Virus genome (UHGV): UHGV-1794847
Source of the DNA: a virus
Strand: one strand, 5' to 3'
DNA length: 21,029 nt
Part shown: positions 1-6,695 of the stretch, in pieces
Layout: each line of letters starts with the position of its first letter
How positions within the stretch are numbered: position 1 is the stretch's first letter
The notes under the pieces: generated by a model
Database searches by the model: none
What the model saw: the letters and a program-made list of their open reading frames with translations, nothing else
What the model was told of the DNA's origin: nothing
Position numbers and translations under genes: made by a program

Positions 1-494
1 ATCGCAAGCACATGCTGGCAATCACCTGTAGCAATGATGTGCTCAGGATTTGCTGCATAGTAGATGTCTTTTGCTTGCTTGATGAGCGACTTCACCTCAG
101 GGTACATGTCATAGTTGTCGAGCACGCCATCAACTGCTATTGCTCGAATGATTGGCTCATCGGTTGATGCAACATCTACTGCGTCTTCGATTGCTAATGC
201 AGCCTTTTGCATATTTGCAGAGCCATCACTCATCAAATCTTCCATGACAAGTGACGCCTTGAAGCCAAAGCCATCTGCACCAATTGCTGCTTTCTGTGAT
301 TTTGCAAATGCGCGTACAGCAGCATCTTTGCTATTTGCGGCGCTTTCCAAAATCATTGCAGCTTTTCGAAGAGTCAGACCAGACTTTTTGATTTGTGCAA
401 GTGACTCATTGACAAAGTTTGCACCGCCAAAAGTCAATGCTTTGATGCCTTTGATACCTTGAACAAATGCATCAACGTTTACAGTATGTTTCAT
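1..494 (-). CDS. Hypothetical protein, partial (3' end runs off the window start); begins MKHTVNVDAFVQGIKGIK
   Basis: Manual reverse-complement translation: ATG at 492..494, open frame of 164 codons to position 1 with no stop. Starts 7 nt after the stop of the upstream gene (502..504). Absent from the ORF track, presumably because it has no stop in the window; the plus ORF 115..462 is its antisense shadow. Confidence 0.5.
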   Translation of the reverse strand, partial: MKHTVNVDAFVQGIKGIKALTFGGANFVNESLAQIKKSGLTLRKAAMILESAANSKDAAVRAFAKSQKAAIGADGFGFKASLVMEDLMSDGSANMQKAALAIEDAVDVASTDEPIIRAIAVDGVLDNYDMYPEVKSLIKQAKDIYYAANPEHIIATGDCQHVLA

Positions 495-501
495 AGTCTA
501 C

Positions 502-1992
502 TTATGCCTTTTTAGATTTGCGCTTTGCAGCAACTACGACTTCTGCTACGATAGCTTCTACAGTAGCTTCAGTTACAACAGACTTGTCTGCAACTTTTAC
601 AAGAGCTGCATGCAACTTGTAGTTGCCGACTTTGCTGAAAGTGCACTTGAATTCTGTTGTTGCGTTGTATTCTGCAGGTACTGCAAAGCCGCTGTCAGGA
701 CCCCATGCACCACTGTCTTCGAATGTCCAAGGCTGACCCTGTGAATCTGTTGCAGTGAATGTCACATGACCATCTTCAGGTGCTTCTACAATTTCATATT
801 GCAGCTGAACGCCATCAACACCTGCCTTACCAACTACTTCAGTTGCAAGCGTTGCATTGATTGCTACTTCTGTTGCAGGCTGAATGCTTGCAGGGACATC
901 TACAGAAATCTTGTATTCTGATACTTCAGGCTGAACTGGCTCAGCAACAACTACTGTAGACTCTGCTTCAACAACTACACTGTCATCAGCAACCTTGGCA
1001 AGAACTGCATGCAATTTGTATGTGCCAGCCTTGCTAAAGATTACAGTGAACTTTGTAGTTGCATTGTATTCTGCAGGAATGTCAAAGCCTGTTGCAGGCC
1101 CCCAAGTGCCATTGTCGACAAATGTATATTCCTTGCCAGCAGCGTCAGTAGCCTTGAATGTCACATGGCCATCTTCAGGTGCTTCGTCTACACCATAGCG
1201 GAACTGAACTTTGTCAACACCGACATCACCAACAGTCTTCGTTTTGAATGTTGCATCAAGCTCAACTTCAGTGTTTTCGATGATTGTTTCAGGCGCAGAC
1301 ATTTCAAACTCATACTCAGATACTGTTTGCACAGCTTGTTCAAGTTTGATGTTCTTTGTCTTGTTTGAAATCATAGTTTCACGACCAGCCTGGCTAACGT
1401 AGCCCTCTTTAGACACTTCCCAGACAATTTCTTCGCCTGACAAAACAGTCAACGAATTGCGAACTTCACCATTCATCTTGACAACTGCATCTGCAGGTTC
1501 TACATTGATTGTCAGTGTAGCTTTGCTGAGCTCAACAAGCTCCACTACTTGAATGACATCATGGTTTGTGAGCGTGATTGTGCCCTCCTGAGATTCATAG
1601 CCCTCTTTCGACACTTCCCACTTAATTGGAATGCCTGCGGGCACATTCTCAAGCATCTTTGTAGCCTCACCATTGATTTCTACATGAGCATCTTCAGGCA
1701 CTGGCTGAATTGTGATGCTGAACTTGTCTTTGCCAGGTTCAGGGTCTGGTCCGGGTCCTGGGTCATCACCAGTAATTGCAGGGATAATTGTCTTTTCGAT
1801 GACTTTTTGAGCTTCTGCAGTTGTGCCATAGAATTTGAGAGTTTTCTTGGCTTCTTCTACAGACATTTTCTCAAGATTGTCTGCAAGATATGTCAGACCA
1901 GTGACTGCAGCAATTTTCTGCCGCATTTCTGGGCTAATGACTACACCAGTAGATTTGACCACTGGAGCAGCTTGTTTTTGTTTCTTTGCCAT
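502..1992 (-). CDS. Repeat-containing surface/structural-like protein: Pro/Gly/Asp-rich linker, two PEGA-like repeats, two Ig-like ~105-aa repeats
   Basis: ATG at 1990..1992, TAA at 502..504. Two ~60-aa repeats with PEDAHVEINGE / PADAVVKMNGE and WEVSKEGY signatures resembling the PEGA domain; two C-terminal repeats sharing VEAPEDGHVTF..WGP..PAEYNATT..FSK.G.YKLHA. Linker GDDPGPGPDPEPG. Domain names are from memory of family signatures. Confidence 0.75.
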   Translation of the reverse strand: MAKKQKQAAPVVKSTGVVISPEMRQKIAAVTGLTYLADNLEKMSVEEAKKTLKFYGTTAEAQKVIEKTIIPAITGDDPGPGPDPEPGKDKFSITIQPVPEDAHVEINGEATKMLENVPAGIPIKWEVSKEGYESQEGTITLTNHDVIQVVELVELSKATLTINVEPADAVVKMNGEVRNSLTVLSGEEIVWEVSKEGYVSQAGRETMISNKTKNIKLEQAVQTVSEYEFEMSAPETIIENTEVELDATFKTKTVGDVGVDKVQFRYGVDEAPEDGHVTFKATDAAGKEYTFVDNGTWGPATGFDIPAEYNATTKFTVIFSKAGTYKLHAVLAKVADDSVVVEAESTVVVAEPVQPEVSEYKISVDVPASIQPATEVAINATLATEVVGKAGVDGVQLQYEIVEAPEDGHVTFTATDSQGQPWTFEDSGAWGPDSGFAVPAEYNATTEFKCTFSKVGNYKLHAALVKVADKSVVTEATVEAIVAEVVVAAKRKSKKA

Positions 1993-2078
1993 AAGATATT
2001 GTGAATTTGGTTGTTATTCTTAACAAAATATGTACATACAGATGCAACAGATGATATGTCAGATGCACAAAACTGCAT

Positions 2079-2127
2079 AAAATGACCAGACTTGCAAATA
2101 AATTTAAGCAAGTCTGGTCATCAGTTT
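2079..2127 (-). terminator. Intrinsic terminator downstream of the polymerase C-terminal gene
   Basis: Perfect 14-bp inverted repeat atgaccagacttgc (2082..2095) / gcaagtctggtcat (2108..2121) with 12-nt loop, flanked by AAA on one side and TTTT (2124..2127) on the other; lies directly after the stop at 2136. Confidence 0.6.
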
Positions 2128-2135
2128 TGATTGCA

Positions 2136-3428
2136 CTACAACAATGACGGCACTCGTTGAGTTTCAAGTGGGTCACTGACATTGATGCCTGTGTATGCAA
2201 CAAGTCGTTGTATTGGGCCAAGCACGAGTTTTTCGAACATGAGTCGCTTATTCATTGGTGGCACATCTGGCATGTACTTAGGCGTTGGCATTTCACCTGG
2301 CGCAAAGCCAAATGCATCGCAATATTGACGAGAACCAATTGGGATATTTGACAAATCTGACTTTGCTCTATCGACGAAATAGTAGAACACTCTACCGCCT
2401 TCAATCAATGTATATCGTGTTTCCAATCCATGAGCTTTTACAAGTGCGTTATGGTATGCACAAGCCCTGTACTGAGGCAGTACGCCTTTTGCTAACTGCC
2501 ATTCGCCATCATAGCTTAGCACATAGTCATGATACTTGTTTGCATTGACATATGCACAAAGTTTCTCCAAGTCTTGCTCGGCTTCAAAGCGTTTCCATAA
2601 TTTCTGTATGAGCTTTGGATATGTCGCAGAAGTCAATTCACCTCTGAACATTTTCTTGAATGCATAATCAAGCATTTGCCTAACAAGCATTGATGAGCCT
2701 GTTTGAATAAGTTCGATGCCTTTGCCTTGAATGTGCTCAGTAGGGTCTTCGAATACTCGACCATCTACATATATTTGAGCCTTTAAGTACTTTTTCTTTT
2801 GGGCAAATAATGCAGTGTCAGAAATCGTTTCGAGGTCAAATAGCAAAATTGAATTGCCATGACGTTTTGCGAGGTCTGCTGCATATGCCCCATTGAATAA
2901 TTCTTCCATACGATATTTGAATATCGCAAGAATCAAGTCATACCAATTTTTGCCTATGTAGCCAATTGATTTGACAGTTGGCTCAAAGTGAATGTACAAA
3001 GAGTCTGTGTCAATATACAACACTTTGTCTTCATAGGGTTCTTGCTTTGGCGACACAGACAAATCAAAATTGCCCTTCAATTGTGGGTCATTACGCAGCT
3101 TTTCATGCAATTCATAATCACACCACCACTTATTGTTAAGATAGTCATTTGCTACTCGTTCACCAAAGTGAATGAAGTTGCGGCCTTCAGCAGTAATTGA
3201 TTCTGCAACAGCCATATTAAAGAAGTGATAGAAACGATTGCTTGTAGCGCCATATATTGAGTTTCGACAACATTTTGCTGAGACTTGTAGTCCTGCATGC
3301 TTTAGTGATTCTTGCATTGCAAAATCTCTCAATTCAAATAGACGTTCAGTAGACAACTGACTCAAATCACCAGTCAAATCTACTCCATCTATTTCAATTT
3401 TTGACATATCTATCTGAGCTTCTGCCAT
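2136..3428 (-). CDS. Family-B DNA polymerase, C-terminal part (motif B, motif C, thumb)
   Basis: Motif B KCCRNSIYG verified at 3249..3275 (K-x3-NS-x-YG) and motif C YIDTDS at 3000..3017 (YGDTDS-type). Stop TAG at 2136..2138. Start set to ATG at 3426..3428; the track's 3518 start is a TTG codon, and an alternative ATG exists at 3459..3461. Confidence 0.85.
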   Translation of the reverse strand: MAEAQIDMSKIEIDGVDLTGDLSQLSTERLFELRDFAMQESLKHAGLQVSAKCCRNSIYGATSNRFYHFFNMAVAESITAEGRNFIHFGERVANDYLNNKWWCDYELHEKLRNDPQLKGNFDLSVSPKQEPYEDKVLYIDTDSLYIHFEPTVKSIGYIGKNWYDLILAIFKYRMEELFNGAYAADLAKRHGNSILLFDLETISDTALFAQKKKYLKAQIYVDGRVFEDPTEHIQGKGIELIQTGSSMLVRQMLDYAFKKMFRGELTSATYPKLIQKLWKRFEAEQDLEKLCAYVNANKYHDYVLSYDGEWQLAKGVLPQYRACAYHNALVKAHGLETRYTLIEGGRVFYYFVDRAKSDLSNIPIGSRQYCDAFGFAPGEMPTPKYMPDVPPMNKRLMFEKLVLGPIQRLVAYTGINVSDPLETQRVPSLL

Positions 3429-3448
3429 AAGTTGTTTATTTTTGATTT

Positions 3449-3459
3449 TATTGTACAAC
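3449..3459 (-). promoter_or_regulatory. Conserved GTTGTACAATA element (sense strand), 20 nt upstream of the polymerase C-part ATG
   Basis: Plus-strand tattgtacaac at 3449..3459; identical 11-mer also at 8225..8235 and 10317..10327, each upstream of a minus-strand start. Contains a TACAAT -10-like hexamer and the palindrome TTGTACAA. Confidence 0.35.
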
Positions 3460-3496
3460 ATGCAAAACGAGTTTGCACTGTTTTGATACAACGACA

Positions 3497-4459
3497 CTAA
3501 ACTTTTACATGACCACAATCAAACACAGGATAAAATTGCCGTTGTAGCATAGTATTTGTGTCAAAATTGCCATCAATAAGATGTTCGTGTGTGCGCCAAT
3601 TATGCCAATGTTTTTGAATTGTCTGCAAGTTATCTGATTTTTGTGGATTCAATGCAAAGTCTGTTGATAGCACAGGTTCATTGTTCAAATGCGCTTGTAT
3701 TGCTGCAATAACTGCTTCAACAGACATCCACTCAAATGCAGTCACACAAATAAAACCTGCACGCAATGCATCTTGAGTTTTGTAAAAGTGATATGTTGGA
3801 TGAGTTGCTGCGCATTTTGATGCATTTTTGACAAGTGCATCAAAGCTTTTTGCGCTGTTATGCGACACTGTTGGATTGATTTCTACTACGACATTGTCAT
3901 ATCGCAAATCATACAACTTTAAGCCTATTCTGTAGTCATATTCAAAATTTATGCCAAGACGTTCAAATAGCAATGCATGCCAACGTTCATTAAGTTTTGA
4001 CTGTATTTGACCAGATGCTGCTCTGCATTTTGCATGCATGCAAAAATACGGCACATCATATCGCTCTTCACATGTTTGACGCAACTTAGCAATGTTTGCA
4101 GGCCCAAGCTTGCCAAAATGCTTAAGCTTAGTTGCATTTGCTTTGTCAGTATTGCTTGGACCTGCTTTGCCAAAATGTTCAAGCTTTGTCGCATTCGCTT
4201 TGTCAGTATTGCCTGGTCCAAGCTTGCCAAAATGTTTAAGCTTAGTCTGCTTGCATTGCTCTGTTACATATGATAACTGCATATTGTGTTCTACACCATA
4301 TTTTCGCAACATTGCAATTCGCCTGATGTATTTTCTACGAATTTTGCTGTGCGACGTCTTTCTTGGTGCGTATCTAACATATGGTGTATTTGCAATCAAC
4401 TCATCTCGCTCGTTTTCAAGTTTAGCAATACGAGCATCAATCTCTTCTTTTGTCATCAT
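3497..4459 (-). CDS. Repeat-containing putative DNA-binding / homing-endonuclease-like protein, class unassigned
   Basis: ATG at 4457..4459. Three tandem 19-aa repeats (TKLKHFGKLGPGNTDKANA) encoded by a 57-bp DNA repeat; basic N-terminus. Sits between the two polymerase halves, where freestanding endonucleases typically reside. No GIY-YIG or HNH motif recognised; the motif LYDLRYDNVVVEINPTVSH is only loosely nuclease-like. Confidence 0.55.
   Translation of the reverse strand: MMTKEEIDARIAKLENERDELIANTPYVRYAPRKTSHSKIRRKYIRRIAMLRKYGVEHNMQLSYVTEQCKQTKLKHFGKLGPGNTDKANATKLEHFGKAGPSNTDKANATKLKHFGKLGPANIAKLRQTCEERYDVPYFCMHAKCRAASGQIQSKLNERWHALLFERLGINFEYDYRIGLKLYDLRYDNVVVEINPTVSHNSAKSFDALVKNASKCAATHPTYHFYKTQDALRAGFICVTAFEWMSVEAVIAAIQAHLNNEPVLSTDFALNPQKSDNLQTIQKHWHNWRTHEHLIDGNFDTNTMLQRQFYPVFDCGHVKV
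4101..4260 (-). repeat. 57-bp in-frame tandem repeat, about 2.8 copies, inside CDS 3497..4459
   Basis: Units starting near 4108, 4165 and 4222 (gcttgccaaaatgcttaagcttagttgcatttgctttgtcagtattgc and variants); period 57 = 19 codons. Confidence 0.8.
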
Positions 4460-4467
4460 AGCAATTC

Positions 4468-4501
4468 AAAAAATGCAGCAGCAGATGTTCTGCTGCTGCA
4501 T
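4468..4501 (-). terminator. Intrinsic terminator between the SSB-like gene and the endonuclease-like gene
   Basis: Perfect 12-bp stem atgcagcagcag (4473..4484) / ctgctgctgcat (4490..4501), loop atgtt, preceded on plus by an A-run 4468..4472 (a T-run after the hairpin on the minus strand). It ends about 10 nt from the next ATG at 4459. Confidence 0.6.
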
Positions 4502-4543
4502 CGGCAGGTATCTTCACATGTGTTTGAGTTGATTACGATGTGA

Positions 4544-5371
4544 TTAGAATGGCAGGTCGCCATCGTCACCTGCAGCGTCAAATTCAGCTGCAATGTCATA
4601 TACCAACGTCATTGCGATTCGCAAATCGCGCTTCTTAGACTTCAGGCGCATGATATCATGACCAGAATTGTTTGTGATGACTGAACATTCAAACTCTTCA
4701 TTGCCATCAATAAATGACAGCATTGATTTGTGAATTGTGATTGGCGACAAATCAGATGGGTAATTTGCATCAATCACATATTCAAAGTTGTTGTTCTTGG
4801 CAATTAGCCCTCGTTCAGTCGTACGAATCTCAATGCCGGGCAATTCCTTGTCACCAGTATTCAATGAACCATACGATGACATGATGCCAAAGTGATTTGA
4901 CGTCAAATCGAGCTTTCTCAGATTTGTTGTGCTATCAAACAACATTGACATATCATTGTCAGACAGCTCAAAGTAGCCAAGTGATGGCATTGAACAAACC
5001 TGATTGATTTTGAGCTGATTGTTTGAGATTACAATGAGCTCTGCAATTGTATCTGTACCAATTTGTTTGACATAGATTTCAATCATTGCAGATGAGCCAA
5101 ATGCAGCAAGTACTCGATTGTTGAATTGCGTGCCATTGTAAATGAGCGCTTTGACTGTGACATCTTTGAGTGTAGACTCATAATGTTCGCAAATGTCAAG
5201 CACATTAAGTATCTGCGACTTTACAAAGCTACTATTGCCAGCATCAGTTCTGATTCGCTGGTCATTGAGTGAAAAGCTAAGCTTGCCATCGCATTTTAAT
5301 GATGATGCAAACAATGCTCGCAGCATATCAACGTTTGCATTGCGTAATGTAATTTTGTTCAGATTTTCCAT
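4544..5371 (-). CDS. Putative ssDNA-binding protein (SSB-like acidic C-terminal tail)
   Basis: ATG at 5369..5371. C-terminus ...AAEFDAAGDDGDLPF mirrors the acidic tail ending in Phe of bacterial SSB (DDDIPF) and T7 gp2.5; located in the replication module. Fold not verified. Confidence 0.5.
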   Translation of the reverse strand: MENLNKITLRNANVDMLRALFASSLKCDGKLSFSLNDQRIRTDAGNSSFVKSQILNVLDICEHYESTLKDVTVKALIYNGTQFNNRVLAAFGSSAMIEIYVKQIGTDTIAELIVISNNQLKINQVCSMPSLGYFELSDNDMSMLFDSTTNLRKLDLTSNHFGIMSSYGSLNTGDKELPGIEIRTTERGLIAKNNNFEYVIDANYPSDLSPITIHKSMLSFIDGNEEFECSVITNNSGHDIMRLKSKKRDLRIAMTLVYDIAAEFDAAGDDGDLPF

Positions 5372-5439
5372 CTTGTATCTATGTTGTTGATTTTCAATTT
5401 AATATATTGAACAACATTTGTTGACATTTTGCAACATTG

Positions 5440-5814
5440 TCATCGATTGTCGCCTGACCCATGTAGTACGCCTCGTAATTTTCGAGACTGCAGTTTCTGA
5501 ATGTTAAGCTGACAAATGTCAGTTAAGCTGTAGCCCAAATCATGTGCAAGAGTTGCAGCGTACCACATGACATCACTGAGCTCTTTTGCGATTTCCTTGC
5601 GAATGTCTTCATTGTCAAAATCGCCATTCTTGTCTCGAATGACTTTTTTGACTTTGTCTGCAACTTCGCCTGCTTCACCCGTTAAGCCAAGTGTTGGATA
5701 GATAATTGCAGCTGATTTAGGATACACTGCGCTATCAAGTGCAGCAATCTGATATTCATCAATAGTTGAAATCTGTGCATGGTCGATTACGCCATGTTCA
5801 TCTCGTTTAAGCAT
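5440..5814 (-). CDS. mazG: MazG-like nucleoside triphosphate pyrophosphohydrolase
   Basis: ATG at 5812..5814. Motifs LGLTGEAGEVADKVKK and ELSDVMWYAATLAHDLGYSL match the MazG EEXX(E/D) helix signature common in phages. Confidence 0.8.
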   Translation of the reverse strand: MLKRDEHGVIDHAQISTIDEYQIAALDSAVYPKSAAIIYPTLGLTGEAGEVADKVKKVIRDKNGDFDNEDIRKEIAKELSDVMWYAATLAHDLGYSLTDICQLNIQKLQSRKLRGVLHGSGDNR

Positions 5815-5815
5815 A

Positions 5816-6307
5816 TCATTTACGTTTTTGTTTGACTCTCAATCGTTTTTGCATAAATGCTCTTGTAGCTTCACCAAAAGCCATTTCATCTCGTTCACCG
5901 CCGCAAAGCTTTGCAAGCTTATTGAATGTGTCTTGGTCAATCATTGTGTATGTTGAGTTGTTGACCACATGCAATGCAAACTGAATCAGCGGTGTGCCTG
6001 GCTGCAAGCAGAATGGCTCTTTACCTGCATTGTACACTGCAAGATGAATCTCGCCATGATAGTCTGAATCTACAAACTCACTTGTTTTAATGATAAGATG
6101 ATTTCGTGAAATACCCGACTTGTTGTAGGCAATCAATGCATGACCAGCAGGCACAAGTGCTTTGATGCCAGATGGAATTGCAATGCCCTCGCCAGGTTGC
6201 AGCATTGTTTGCACAAAATCATTGGGTATGCAAAAGTCCCATGCGCCAGATTCTGCTGTTGACTTAAAAGGACTTTCTACATTTCTGCATTTTGCAAAGA
6301 ATAACAT
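5816..6307 (-). CDS. dut: dUTPase-like protein (dUTPase/dCTP deaminase superfamily)
   Basis: ATG at 6305..6307, stop TGA at 5816..5818, one nt before the MazG start. Motif-like segments SGAWDF, KSGISRNH, FVDSDYHGEI (compare G-x-ID-x-DYRGE), LIQF, and a C-terminal Gly-rich GGERDEMAFGEAT. Confidence 0.7.
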   Translation of the reverse strand: MLFFAKCRNVESPFKSTAESGAWDFCIPNDFVQTMLQPGEGIAIPSGIKALVPAGHALIAYNKSGISRNHLIIKTSEFVDSDYHGEIHLAVYNAGKEPFCLQPGTPLIQFALHVVNNSTYTMIDQDTFNKLAKLCGGERDEMAFGEATRAFMQKRLRVKQKRK

Positions 6308-6330
6308 ATTAAGTATGCGTTTGTATGTTG

Positions 6331-6675
6331 TTAGTACATTTCTCGTTTAACAAGAGCTTTGCGTTTTGAGCGTAGCCCAGCCCTATTACGCAATTCTACA
6401 GACCAATCACGAATCATTTGCCATGCAATCCCACCACGTTGAATACCACCGTGCTTGAACATTTCATTGCAAATGCCTTGAATAAACACTGCGTCAAACT
6501 TTGTCAGTGCATCGACAATTTGACCATGTGTATCTTCTGATTTGACATCATTGCAAAGCTTAAGCTCATCTACTGAAAGTTCACCAAGCAGCTCATAGTA
6601 ATATATGAGAGCTTTGCGTGCGGCAATTGCTTTTCTTGAATTGCCAGAATAAGACAAAGTTACATGTTTGCTCAT
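6331..6675 (-). CDS. Hypothetical protein (114 aa from ATG)
   Basis: ORF 6331..6681 in the track begins at TTG; first ATG at 6673..6675. 20-nt gap to the polymerase N-part stop. Confidence 0.55.
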   Translation of the reverse strand: MSKHVTLSYSGNSRKAIAARKALIYYYELLGELSVDELKLCNDVKSEDTHGQIVDALTKFDAVFIQGICNEMFKHGGIQRGGIAWQMIRDWSVELRNRAGLRSKRKALVKREMY

Positions 6676-6695
6676 ATTCAATTATTGTTATGGTG

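Noticed and set aside
115-462. Plus-strand ORF of 115 aa
   Set aside because: Low-complexity Ala/Ser-rich antisense shadow of the open minus-strand frame 1..494, which has a proper ATG placed 7 nt after the upstream stop.
995-2023. Several plus-strand ORFs (995..1198, 1009..1368, 1211..1402, 1549..2004, 1835..2023)
   Set aside because: All lie antisense inside the 502..1992 repeat-protein gene; Cys/Phe-rich translations typical of shadow frames in AT-biased DNA.
1934-2221. Minus-strand ORF of 95 aa spanning the 1993..2135 intergenic region
   Set aside because: It reads through the terminator hairpin and overlaps the ends of two well-supported genes; likely non-coding.
2136-3518. Extended N-terminus of the polymerase C-part (track start 3518)
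   Set aside because: Codon 3516..3518 is TTG and the extension would overlap the upstream gene and cover the conserved GTTGTACAATA element; the ATG at 3428 (or 3461) is preferred. The same reasoning applies to track starts 6681, 8237, 10777, 12210 and 15976, which are TTG or GTG.
4101-4260. CRISPR-like array
   Set aside because: The repeats are contiguous, have no spacers and are in-frame coding repeats within a CDS.
5383-5420. Imperfect inverted repeat (atgttgtt ... aacaacat) and a TTGACA hexamer between the MazG-like and SSB-like genes
   Set aside because: The stem is only 8 bp with a 21-nt loop, and the TTGACA is on the non-coding strand with no -10 partner; too weak to call.
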